A DNA stretch of 64,000 nucleotides from Adineta vaga. Its lineage: Eukaryota > Animalia > Rotifera. A program made the position numbers and the translations under genes. The notes under the pieces are model-generated. The model made no database searches and was not told the DNA's origin. It saw only the letters and a list, made by a program, of their open reading frames with translations. The DNA lies in the NCBI GenBank assembly GCA_021613535.1, contig CP075492.1, forward strand, positions 6,386,001-6,450,000, in the 5' to 3' direction. Below, in pieces: positions 51,013 to 64,000 of this stretch (the stretch's first letter is position 1; each line of letters starts with the position of its first letter).

Positions 51013-53503
51013 ATGTTAATCGACGACGAAGGAGCGTTACGCGACTGGCTTGTTGTGACACTTGAACCATTGTAAATTGATTTGAAAAGAACTAATTTTG
51101 TTTTGAAAATTCATTTTATTTATTAGATGTGATGCTGAACCAATTGCTCTTGCTCGTTATGTTCTCGCGCTAGTTGCGAAAGATAAACCGTTAGATAAAC
51201 TTAAAGAAAATTGTGTTGATCGTCTTGAAGTTTTTCTTGGTGGAGGTATGAATTAAAAATCTATCAATCGACTCATTCATGTTCGTTTTCTTCTAGAAAC
51301 AAAAGATTTTGTTGAACAATTATTCGATGTGATACAAAATCGAAAATATGTTACAGATGGAAAAAAAGTAAGAAAAAAAGTTTTTTCGAAAGAACGATTT
51401 TATCAATTATAATCAATAGGAAAATGTGCAACCAAAACCAACGGAAAATAATGTAGAATTATCAGAAAATCATCAACAATCAAATGTTTCAGTACCATCA
51501 GCGTCATCGTCAGCGAAAGAAGATGAAATTCAAATAAATTCAATTTCAACAGCATCTTCACATCCAATCAAAAGGTAATGTTTCAAATATCTATCTAATT
51601 TTTCGTTTGTTTTCTAATGTTTTCTCTATAGGCGGTATCCATCTCGTCGAAATGATACTCATCAACGTCAATCTGCTGATTCACCAGCAGCAAAACGTAC
51701 TCAACGTTCTTATTCGCATTCTTCAACTGGTTCTTCATCTCCTAATTCACCGGCAACGACTTCACATAAAATTCCTTGTAAAGACTCTATTGATAATAAA
51801 GATTACTGTGCTTTGGGTGAAACATGTTCATATGATCAAGGATCAAATATTGTCAATTTTGAACAACAAACTTATTATCCATCTTATCAACAATATGATA
51901 TTTCATCAGCACATCTTCATCAACAATATAATCCGGAAACACCTGATTTAAAATATGAACCATCATCAATGTATGCAAGACAACCATTACCATCTGGTCA
52001 ACGGACATTAGTCACTGTAGTTACAAATGACGAGCCATTACCATTAGAACAAAGACTTCGACAAAATGACTCAGGTAACTTTTTGAAAGATATTTATTAA
52101 TTGAAATTGAGATCAATTTTCTAGGTGGTCCAATGTCTCGTACAAAACGACATGTTACTACAACACCATATCCTACAGATAAAAGAATTCAACAACGTGA
52201 TCATCAATCAAACAATGATGGTCATCATAATCGAGGTCGTCGACGTCCATGTATGTCTAATGATTTTCTTTTTGTGATTAGATTTCTATCGAATCATTTA
52301 GGGCAAAAATCTGATTCATCTTCATCGGGATCGGTAAAACTTGAAATACGTAAAATTCCTGTTGAATCTAATACAATTTCAAAATTAAATGAACATTTCA
52401 GTAAATTTGGTACTGTTACCAATGTTCAGGTAGATATCGAACAATGATATAAGAAAGAAAATCTCCGAATAAATTTATTTAGATTGCTTTCGATGGTTCA
52501 CCTGATTCTGCACTTATTGCTTATGGTTCATTTCAAGAAGCTGAAACTGCTTATAAAAATCCTGAACCATTATTTAATAATCGCTTTATTAAAATCTTTT
52601 GGCATAATCCTAATAAAGTATATTCGTTCAGTTCTATTTCGAATAAACATTCATCATCAAAATGTTTTTAGACACAAAATCCACCGAATACAACTCCAGC
52701 TGCATCGGATGTTCCAACAACGAAAAAACCGATTATACCTTCCAATCCAATGAAACATCATTGGACAAAAACACCAAAACCTTCTCCAACTAAAACAGAA
52801 GTAAAGTTGTGAATTTCAATCTCTTCTTTTATATCATTGTTTCTGTTCTTGTCAGGCATTGGCAAAGAAGAAACCAACGATTCCACCTGCACCATCGATA
52901 ATCAAAAAAGAAGCAGCAAAGAAAGCTGCAATAGAAATCCGCCGAAAAAAGCAAGGTTTATTAGAAGGACAAATTCAACAACAAAAATTACTACTAAAAA
53001 AACTCGAAACAGCTGAAACGAATGAAGACAAAGAATCAATTCGTTCCTTGATGAAACAAGTCGATACAACTATTGTTACATTGAAAGATTCATTACATAC
53101 AGCACCAATTAAATCGGCAACAGCAGCAGTAGCGGTAACAACACCGCCGGTTAAAGTTAGTCAACAAGATTTTCTAAAACAACGTGCAGAAACATTGAAA
53201 AAAGAGCTCGAAACTCTTCGAGCAAAAACATCTGCAGATATGGTAGGAGACAATCATTCTTGATGATTATGAAATCAGTTTTTTTTCTTCTTCTTCTTCT
53301 TTTTCTTTTAGCGTCGTGCAATGAGTAATACATTGGAAACAAAATTACCTAATTCAAATCAAATTAATGAAACTGATGCTGATGAAGAACTTCGTCTTCT
53401 CAATGATGTCAATGATGATCAATATGTAGCTGATAATGATAAAAATCGAAATCAATCATATGAATTAGAAACTCATGATGAAGTTCAATTACTTGATTCT
53501 TAA
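51013..53503 (+). CDS. RBM26: RNA-binding protein 26/27-like (PWI, degenerate CCCH, RRM), multi-exon
   Basis: MLIDDEGALRDWL..LEPL|CDAEPIALARYVLAL; KLEIRKIP..NTISKLNEHFSKFGTVTNVQ; LFNNRFIKIFWH. Confidence 0.88.
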
Positions 53504-54920
53504 CACAGTAGTTTTTCTTTTCCTTTTCCTCGCTAAATATAAAGAAATTCTTTATGTATGTGTGTATCTGAAAATACTTTTTACTTTTTGTTTTGGATTA
53601 ATGTTTTGTTCATTTTCCGCTTCAATGTTATTAGGAACATATTCAACAAAGCATAAAGAAAAGAAATATATATTCTACAGAATAAACCTATGATCATAAA
53701 CATCGATTTAATCATTGATGCAATATAATATATCCAACGACCTTTGTATAATTTTGTTTTATATAAAGAAAAGAGCCTGTCGTAATGATTTAGATATATT
53801 TGTGAAAGTAAATCATCCGTATAAACACCATGACAAATCAAGGGTCGAACAAAAAGAAAAAAGTCTATCTATGCATTTTTAATACGATTTTCTTTTGTTG
53901 ATTGTATGTTTGTGAGAACAAAAAAATCAAGAAATACAGATGTTTTCTTGTAGAATGACGAAAAATGAATGAAATATTGTTATATTTGTATCTTAACGAA
54001 GTCGATGAATAATATGAAAAACTTTTCTTTTAAATGAATGATAATCAAGGAGAAATACGAAGGTTTCACTTATACAAATAAGGACAATCATTTGAATATT
54101 GATAATATATTGTCATGTTTGATTCAAGACCTTTCATTGTTTAAGATTTCCTTTGTTATTAAATAAAGTATGATAAAATCAATAGAATAATCTTTATTCT
54201 GCATTTTTTTTTCGTGTCAATCAAATACATCTGTAGATGATAGTTGTACAATGATCATTGATAACTTGTTTTTTTTCTTACAAAGAATAATTATGCGATA
54301 CAATTATTCATCATATATTGCTTATTAAATTTTATTTATCGATAAATTTATAAATACTTGAGATATACACAGTCATGGCAACTGATTTCATCTAATGATC
54401 GATGAAAGTGTCATTTTTCTCACATTAAGTCATTCGATACTCAAGACATAATTAGAGGTGATTATTAATGTTTAGAACGAATGATAGATAAAATAAAAGT
54501 CTTCTTCTTCATCATGTATTTTCACCTTCGAATAGTTAACTATTCAATCAAGTTAAATGTAAAAATCGAGTATTGATAAAAATATATGTATATATATTGT
54601 GAAGTAATTATATTTATTGACAAAATTCGAAAAGTAATCGATTTTTGTTGATATTTACTAGTTTTTTTTCTTACTGATTCAAATCAAAATAACACAAGCT
54701 CATCAATGAAAATACTTTTCCAGTAGTTTTTTTCTTCTCTCTCTCTCTTTCTACTATAATTGATACGGTCTAATGAGTATTCTTCTTGTGTAATTTTCAT
54801 TGACATTAGTAAAAGAACGATAATAGTAGCGGCTTGATACACCATCTTATTGATAGTTATTTGACGAGTGAGAAAAAAAGCACACGTAATATTTACGAGG
54901 GATTGTTTATATTAAGAAAA

Positions 54921-57130
54921 ATGGTTTATTTCGTAGAAGAACCTGATCAAACTGTTGAGAACATATCAACTATTAACGAATCACGAAGTGATATTGAATC
55001 AGACTTCTGTGACATATTTCCCGATACGATGGAATCGAATAAATCTGAACGATTAATTATTATGAAAGAATCAAAACCATTGTAAGTAATTATATCTGAT
55101 CTGTTCGTTGTCATGTTAATAAATACTTTGTTAAATATGTAAAATCGACATGTTTATTCGCCAATGAAAATATTGGAAAAGAAAGAGTATAGTTTGTAAG
55201 ACCGATGGTGAATACAAAATATTCTAACAGTCATATAAACATTGATGACAGATTAGTGGCTAATTATCGATTCATTAGGTTATCTTCTTTCATATGTATT
55301 ATTTAGAGACAAAATTCAATGTTATTTGTTTTTTTTGTTGATACTTTAGAACCAGATGTAGTGTACTCTATTTGGGTGCAGCTATTCCAACAGAATGTAG
55401 ATGGTATTGATTCCATTCAAGAACCATTGGCAAAACGATATCCAGTCGATGGTGAAGATCATGTTTGTGGTAAGAATGAATATCACATAATCGATAAATT
55501 TTGTTTCATTCCTACTAGTTTTATTCAATTCTATTGTTTTCTATTCTCACTGTTCAAATAGGTATTGAAGCTTGGCTATCTATTGATGAAAATGGTCTAC
55601 AAATTCAATTTCTTAATGATCCAACAATGATGCTTTATTATCCAATTTATTCGTTGATCTATTGTGCTAGCGTACGTTTTATAAAACAAAATAAAACAAA
55701 TGGAAAATCTTCTAATGGTTATCGATTTGTGTCATTAGATGATCCTGAAGGTGATCATATTGAAAATGCACAAAATCCACCTTTGTTTGCAATTAACCTT
55801 CGACGAACACGACATTTACCTTCTGACGAATGTCATTGTTTTGTTACAAAAACGAAATATGCTGCTTTAGATTTAGTTGATGCTTGTTTTAAAGCTTACC
55901 ATATCACTAGTCCAGAACAAGACTGTTCAAAAGCACCATTATATTTTAAAGTAAAAGTATTTGAGACGATTAAAAAAGAAACAATAATTGTATTTTCGAA
56001 ATATTTTTTCTTTAGATTAGTGCGGACGGTTTATCAATGAGAGAAACTGATCGTGGAATTTATATTGCACCAGCATTAACTCAAGAAAAAGTATTTAATT
56101 ATCAATGTAGTCGAGAAGCTGGTGGATTTTTCTATAAAACAGATAAAACCACGGTTGATTGTTGGTTATTATCTGAACATCATAAACGTGCTAATCATTT
56201 AACATCAAGTGAACATTCTACAAGTTCACATTCATCACGTTCATCAAACCGTCAATCTCGTCGTAGAAATCATCGAAAAGTTCCTGATAATCAACGATCG
56301 ACAGCGCGATCTCAATTCTTATCTCCATGTCATACGAACGATCAATTAACAGCGCAATCTAATAATCTGTTACTCCTATTTCGAATTCTTCACGTGTACA
56401 ACATGTTAAAGATAAAAATTCAGGTCGAGATGTTTATGTACGATGGATAAATAATATGCCATCAATTCCCGAACAACTAGCTCAAACATCTAGTTATGAA
56501 ACTCCTGCAAATTCAAATGTTGATCATCCGATTGACAAAAGGTTATCAACAGACATAAGTCATTTAGCATTGAAAAATGAATCTCAGAAGGACACTATTA
56601 CCTATGAAAATAAACAAGTTGCAAAATCTTCGCGTCCTACACAAGAGAAATCTAAGAAAAAAGATCAGAAACATCAACCTGCTAATGATTATATCATCGA
56701 ACGTCCTAAACGAAAAAGTTCAAGAAAAAACCTTAAACATCGTCAATCGCGACATAATGAAACGCAGTCTTCGTCACCATCGAAATTGATTCAATCAGAA
56801 TATCCAACACCTATCTATGCACAAGAATATTATCCTACGCCAACATTTTCTAATCAACAACAATACTACTCAAATTCTTCCGCTGTTCAACCGGAATCTA
56901 ACAAATCACCATATCCTCAACAATCATTTTCAATATCACCATTTAAACAACAAGATTTTTCAACATCTTCATATACACCACAAATATTCTCATTTCCAAT
57001 TGATTCGAATAGGCCATTCAATGGAAAACCTCTTCCACAAACAGGCTCGTATCTCTATCATAATTTACAACCATATTCTCTTTCGAATAATCCAAATTCT
57101 ACCACTCCATATTGGTTTTTTACGATGTAA
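54921..57130 (+). CDS. PTB/PID-like domain protein with disordered C-terminus, multi-exon
   Basis: GIDSIQEPL, AWLSIDENGLQI, YPIYSLIYCASVRF, PPLFA, CHCFVTK..ALDLVDACFKAY (PTB-fold pattern). Confidence 0.6.
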
Positions 57131-57214
57131 TTCGTTTGTTTTGTTTTTCTACTAGCACTCTGTGGTTAGTATTTGAAAAATATTAACGCGCTTTGAAAAT
57201 AAAATTCTCATGAA

Positions 57215-58725
57215 ATGCATTTTCAAAGATATCTCGTTGCAGGTTATATTTATGAATTAAATTACGAAAATCTAAAGAAATTTCCTTCATTAATTTTCAA
57301 TAATTCGAAATATATGAAACAATTTTATGATCCTATTCGACAAGTTTATTGTCTATCACGTAATCGAACGTTTTTTGAAAGCTTAATTTTTTATATAAAT
57401 CATGGCATTCTATCGAGACCGATCATCTATCACTTGTAAGTTCTCAAAGATCATAAATAAATCTATAATTCAATTGAATTCTTTACTAGGATTTATATAT
57501 ACGAGAACTTGAGTAAGTTAAGGAATATTCATTTCAATTGACTTTATCAAATAGATTTAGTTATTTTTTTTCTGACAAAGAATTTCTATCGAATTTAAAG
57601 AAAACACACGATATACCTCAAATATCTGATACGACTGAAATTCGTTATTTACCACGATCATCAATACGAAAAGTGCTTTGGCGTTCGATGGAATATAATG
57701 AAACATTCTTTGGTCCAATCTATCGTTTTTGTTTTGGTTTAGTTTGTCTTAGTTCAATATTTTTATTTATGTGTGAAATAAGTCTAACTCGAAATGAATA
57801 TTTTATTGAATTTATTGAAAAATATCGCGGTTATATTCAAAATTCCATTCATCCAGTGAATATTACCGTTCAATTTATTGATTATCGTCCAGATATTACA
57901 CGTTGGCCATTTGTTATTGAAATTCTTTTCTGTTTTCTTTGGTTAATCGAATTACTCTTACGAATATTTTCTGCCCCAAACTTCCGATTTTATATCAAAT
58001 CAGTTTTGTTTTGGTAAATGATAATTATTCATTTTTCTAATGCAAAAAAAGACCAATCTTGTATTAAAGGGTTGATATCATTAATCTATTCAATACAATT
58101 GCTTATATTATCCTAGGTTTCCTATACAATCGACAAGACGAACCTATGACGAATCATATCAAATCCATAACTTTATATTTTCAAATGATTGATATTTTAA
58201 AAACATTAAGAATGATTAAACTTGGTAGATATCATCGATCAATTAAGTTAATTATTGAATCACTTGGTTCGTTTTTGTTAGTTAAAGACTAAAGAATTCA
58301 TTTCGACATGTGCATGAATTTTTGTTTTAGGAAAAGCTTCAATGGAATTTCTAACATTATGTACTGTTTTATCAGGTACTAGTTGTGTATTTGGGACGAT
58401 TATATATACAATCGAACGAACAACAAATCCAACATCAACAATACTATTTCCTAATGTTGGTACTAGTGTTTACTATACAATTTTAGCAATAACAAATGTT
58501 GGTTTCGAAGGATTTCTACCATCAACGTATTTAGGCAAATGGATGGCATGTGCAGCTATTACAATCGGAATTTTATCAAGTAAATTTTTCGAATACTTTC
58601 GTTCTCTTTTTACTCATGGATATTCTATAGGTGCATTAACATTACCATTGATTTTATCTCCGTATATAATCGACAACTACTTATTCGAAATAAATCAATT
58701 CTTTATCGAAATGAATCAGATTTAG
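57215..58725 (+). CDS. Divergent voltage-gated K+ channel-like subunit (T1 + 6TM), multi-exon
   Basis: T1 YCLSRNRTFFESLIFY; S2 IELLLR; S3 VDII; S4 LKTLRMIKLGRY; pore FPNVGTSVYYTILAITNVGFEGFLPSTYLGK. Confidence 0.8.
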
Positions 58726-58830
58726 AAATTTCAAACATTGAAACTATTCGTAGATATTAAAAATCCTTTCTTGAGGGTGGGTGTGCTCTATAGTTACATC
58801 AGATATAGAAGTTACCGTTCATTTGTCACT

Positions 58831-58858
58831 TTCTTCTTCTTCTTCTTCTTCTTCTTCT
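58831..58858. repeat. (CTT)n microsatellite followed by poly-T
   Basis: ttcttcttct... read directly. Confidence 0.85.
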
Positions 58859-60038
58859 TTTTTTTTTTGAAAAACTGATATCTCAAATCAGTGAAATATT
58901 TCGTTTCATAGAAGTCAAAGAAGGTCATCGTTATAGTCTTTAATACATATTTTAAAAATCAGATAATTGATTATCATAAAATGATAATCTCGTTCTTGAC
59001 ATATTGAATGTGAAACATTTTCTAAACTATATTCAAATGAATCAAAGTAATTAACACAATAGATGTCATTGAAGAAGAAAGATATAAATAGAAGTGAAAA
59101 TTATTGTCATATGCTCGATTAATCCAATTGACATGTACAAGAAAATTGATTATAGAAAAACGATAATAACATTTGTCTACAATATATACATATGTAGAAA
59201 ATATATGTTTCTAATTGATCAGTAGTATCTTTATAAAGTACGACATGTTAAGGAGTTTAATTGAACAAATCTATGATCTTTAGTAATAAACTCGTCATGT
59301 TTTTATTTATATCCTCCTAATTATACTTTTGCTATATGTCAAACACAAGTGACATCTAGGTTATAGGTAAAAAGAAGAATAGTTTTCTTCAGAATTCATT
59401 CAAAAAATCAAAATATTGCAAAAAGACAATTTTCTGCTTTTCTGTTCCATAACATGCATTTAGTAAGGAGGAAATTTGAGATCTAAATTTCATTCTGTTT
59501 GGATAATTTCCACGAATGAGAAAGAATCAATTACCCTCTAGCATATCGACATAACATTTCTTTTTTTCTTCTTTACAGTTTCTTCTTTTCTCTCACATAA
59601 AATACGAATACGAACAGAAACATTATTGTGTCTTTCTCGCTCACTCTCTTTAATATATAGAGGGACGTGCAGGCGTCGAGTACACATTACAATCTATCTA
59701 CCTATATTGTTCAGTCATTTCGTTCATTTTTATTTTAGTATTTAACCAAATTACAAAACTTTACCTCTTCGTCCAATAATTGTGACGAATAAAAACAGAA
59801 AAATATATCAATAAATAACATTTATTTATTCATTCATTCATTGTTATTCAGAATTAGAACAGAAATCAATATTGAAAAGTTTGATTTTAAAAAAACGTAA
59901 GATTTTTTGTTTTTTTTCTGATATGTTTTTTTCGAATAAAATTTTTTCTTTGTCTTTTTCATTCATCTAGATGAACCGGAGTGAACTTTTTATATAAATT
60001 TTGGCAAAGATTTCGTCTTCATTATTATTAATTCTTAT

Positions 60039-63000
60039 ATGCAAACAATGAGTACAGATCCACCACAATTTTATTCAAATCAGCCTACGCCAACGCATCA
60101 GCAATCGGCTAATTATTATATTCAACCAAATGGCATCGATCCAACACGTAAAGATTTCCTTTCATTTCATACAAATCTCCATTTTATTTTGTTTTTTTGC
60201 AACTAGAATTTCAAATGCCAATAAGAAATCCAGGTGCATACAATCAACAACGTGTAAGTTCAATAAGAAGTTCTATTTTTTTTTTTGAAAAATTCAATTT
60301 TTCATTGTAGTTCATAAATTCACAAATTCCAAATGGTTATCAACAACAATTTTATCATCAGACGGCTTATTTGCCGGCACCATTTGTTCCTGGTGGACCT
60401 GCGCGAGGAGTTGTATGAAAAATAAGATTTTGTTAGCTATCAATTCAGTTTGTTTTTTTCTTCTCTTTGAAAGAATACGCAATTTGTGCAAATTATTCGA
60501 CCACAGAATGAAAATATAACTAGTCCACAAGGTTTTATGCAAGCACCATATCAACAATATACTCCAGGAAATGCTAATATCGCTTCAACGACACCTTTTA
60601 TTCATCCCACACAACAATATTTTCAACGTAAAAATTCTTCTTTCAAAAGTTTATAATGATTCATTTTTTAACAATTTAGAGGCTGGCTATCAAATGTCAA
60701 ATTATTCACCTATACAACAGTCACAAATTCCAAATCAACAATCGATACAACCACAAACACAGTACACAATTCCTTCTGGTATGGCACCATCGGCAGGAAT
60801 GCATCCACCACAACAGACACAACATTCACAGGTAAATAAAATTTTCGAAAGAAAATTTGTTTCATTTATTTATCAATAGATGGATCAATCACATGTGCCA
60901 ACATCTCAAACACCAATGTCACAAACTAATACATTTGCTCCACCGGAAAAACGACAAAGAAAACCGTTGGTTATTATTGATCCGGTGTCACATAAAACTG
61001 TGGATCTTCCTGCTGCACCTTCAACATCCGCATCGTCGACAACCAATCCATCGACAATATCTACGACGACAACAGCTAATGAAAATCGTCCAGTAGAATC
61101 AACGACGGATTCTACAGCAACAAACGTGAAATCTACAAGTGATAGTAATAAAACTCAAATTCAAACTGATTTTCGACATAAAATCGCCAATTTGTTTACC
61201 GATACTGCACCTTCAAATGCTCAAACGGATAAGGTATGAAATAATCTTCTCAAAAAAAAAACGTATGAATAAACAAAAAGAAATCAATCAATATTGTCTT
61301 CTTTCAGAGTACCAATCAACAACCTGGATCTAATGATGATTCATCAGCGAAACAGCATAGTACTAAAACAATAGAAACAAATACATCACAAATGCCATCC
61401 TCTGCGTCTTCATCTCGATCGGGTTCAATATCTCGACCAAAATCTCCGACACCAACAACAGGTGTATCCGCAACTGTTAGTAAAGAGTCATCAACAAGTA
61501 AATCAACTGAACAATCGCAACCATTACCTGGTCTTCCTGGTATTCGTACACGAACAATAACTGATGATAAATTAAATACAAAATCTACACAAGATGATAG
61601 TAAAGATAAACGAGATCGAAGTGATTCTCAAAGACAACAAGATGTCGAATCAAATGAATCAACGGAAAAAACGAGCAATGAGTCTAAATCTACGGTAAAT
61701 AAATGTTCTTTTCTTCTTTACAATCTTGCACAATCTATTGTAAGATGTTGACGAAATTGTGTAAATTTATTTAGAAAATAGAACGAAAAAAACCCAAATC
61801 TTTCTATCTGTTTACTGTAACCATGACTGACTATTATATAGAGACTTGTTGTTCTAGTTTTTTCCTGCTCTATCTGTAACAGCTATTTTCGATATTATGA
61901 ATCATAAACACTTTAGTTCTTTTTTACTCTTTCTTTCTCTCTCTCTCTTTCTCGTTCTTTTTTTTCCTTTTCTTTTGTTTCTTCTGTGGTATGTCTTCTT
62001 GCCCATCGATTCGACGCATGATCACGTCTATCTATTTTGTGTAGGAACGAGAAAGAGAAAAAAAAATTGTAAGTTGTGTACAACAATAGAAAGACATTAA
62101 GGACATATGCATTTTAGTGCATATTTTCTTCCCGAAAAGAGATGTACATAAAAAACTAAATGTTCCAAAAGAAAAAATGGTAGTTCAAGCTAAACCACAT
62201 AGGAAACAGATCTATTATCGTAGTCGACGAGTAGGCATTATAAAAATTTATATATATATATATTTAATCGAAACATTTAATATTATGTAATATTCTAGTC
62301 CGATGATACGACAGCAACCAAATCCGATGTTGCACCTCTTTCAAGTCTTCCAGATTCTCAACCAACACCACTATTATCAGCGACACCATCATTAGAATGT
62401 GTGACACCACCACAAACACCAACACCAGTGACAAATACTGACAAATCGGAAGCAGCACCAAATCAACGATTACGTTATGATCGACACGAACTTTTACGTA
62501 TTCGTGATAGTTCAGGCGCATTTCCCATTCCTCAACTTCCAGATCTTGATATTGTTCTTAAGCTACGTGATGCTCGTCTGTCACACCCATCGTATACAGG
62601 TGCAAATAGTCAAGGACGTATCAATCCTAACTTACATCGACAAATATCCGGAACTAATCATCAATCACTAAATCGTTATCCAAATAATCAATCAAATAGT
62701 GCCAGTGATTCAAGACGTAATAGACCAGGAATTTATCTATCCAATGAACCTGATTTCAGTAATCGGGTTGAAAATCCGTATAAACCAATTGATCAAACCA
62801 AACTTGATGCAAGTAATAAAGTTTTACGTGATGTGAAAGCTATTCTGAATAAAGTAACGCCACAAACTTATGATAAATTACAAAAACAATTGGAATTATT
62901 AGAAATCGATCGTTATGAACGATTAGAAGGAATGATCACTATATTTTTTTCCAAAGTAAATTTTAATATATTTTTTTCTTTTGACATTACAAAATTGAAT

Positions 63001-64000
63001 TTTTCTTCTCAATTTTAGGCAGTTGATGAACCGGCATTTAGTTTTCTATATGCAAAATTATGTAAACAATTTCAAAAAGTTAGTTTTCTTTTCTATTCAT
63101 AGATTTGATTTTCATTTGAATATATTATTCTTCATAGAAACAAGTAACTGTACCGGGTGAAGATGGCAAAACAGTAACACATTATTTTCGTCAAATTTTA
63201 CTAACACGTTGTCAAAAAGAATTCGAAAATGATTATAGACAAGAAATTGAATATGAAAAACGAAAAGGTGAAGTCGACGCAATTCCAGATGAGAAGAAAC
63301 GTAAAGAAGAATCTGATAAATTAGAAGAAGATCTTGTTAAAGCAAAACGAAGAAAATTGGGAAATATTTTGTAAGTTCTTCAATAACAAAAGTTTTTCTC
63401 TGTCAATTCGAAGTAGAATGATTTGTTATTAGAATGAACTCATATATTGATTTGTTTTAGTTTTATTGGTGAATTATTTAAATTACAAATGTTAACTGAT
63501 ACTATTATGTATGATTGTATCGAATATTTACTTCGTGATAAAACTGATGAAGAAAGTCTGGAATGTCTTTGCCGTCTATTACGTACGATTGGTAAAGAAC
63601 TTGATGCTAAAGCTAGTGAAAAAGTATGATGATTTTTCTAATAAAATTGCATTTAATTTCATCAATCATTGATTCATTTTAGCACATTAACAAGACAAAT
63701 TTGGAAAAACATTATCGTGAATTAGAAAATATTGTGAAAGAACAGAAAGCATCTGCACGTATTCGTTTTATGATTCAAGATCTTGTTGAATTGAGAGCAG
63801 TAAGATAGAGATTTAATATTTTTTTGTAAAAGAATATTTCAATCGTTTTATTTCTTCTTCATTGTCTAGGCAAATTGGGTTGCTCGTCGTGCTGAAGCTA
63901 AACCAACTACAATTGATGAAATTCATGAACAAGAACGTGCTAAACGTGAACAACAAGAACGTGATCAAGAACGTGACCGACAACAGCGACGTGATCAAAA
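60039..64000 (+). CDS. EIF4G: Eukaryotic translation initiation factor 4 gamma, 5' part (runs off the right edge)
   Basis: Q/P-rich N-terminus, PABP site [12 protein letters not shown], eIF4E motif YDRHELL, MIF4G ([56 protein letters not shown]). Confidence 0.95.

Noticed and set aside
61775-61816. Second possible 42-nt in-frame cassette exon in the eIF4G long intron
   Set aside because: Weak donor (gtaacc) and poor pyrimidine tract; insufficient support
1-64000. CRISPR arrays, rRNA/tRNA genes, prokaryotic operons, alternative genetic code
   Set aside because: None seen. Spliceosomal introns and the standard code explain the fragmented ORFs; in-frame stops are confined to two pseudogenes.

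Overview
Eukaryotic, very AT-rich, gene-dense DNA with many ~50-65 nt GT-AG introns and several intronless orphan rhodopsin-type GPCRs. This style best fits a bdelloid rotifer (inference, not tested). About 30 genes or pseudogenes could be reconstructed by eye. Conserved animal genes: UBR4 5' end, CZIB, a p38-type MAPK, SWR1/Domino, an SLC22 transporter, sPLA2, a cytoplasmic intermediate filament, a bZIP factor, epsinR/CLINT1, KIAA2013, RBM26/27 and the eIF4G 5' part. There are also two pseudogenes (AS3MT, GPCR) and a 183-bp hAT-type MITE. The most unusual part is 3.8-11.8 kb, a candidate secreted-defence island. Two convergent paralogues there each fuse signal peptide + bacterial-type YbaY/YscW domain + potato-I (I13) protease inhibitor, with different P1 residues (Met vs Lys). 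They bracket three near-identical, alternately inverted copies of a prepro 8-Cys peptide gene that shows patchwork gene conversion. Other oddities: an IF1-like protein without a mitochondrial presequence, a Kv-like channel with a TNVGFEG filter, and a candidate 24-nt eIF4G microexon. Family calls come from motif recognition only; no searches were run, and exon boundaries are manual.
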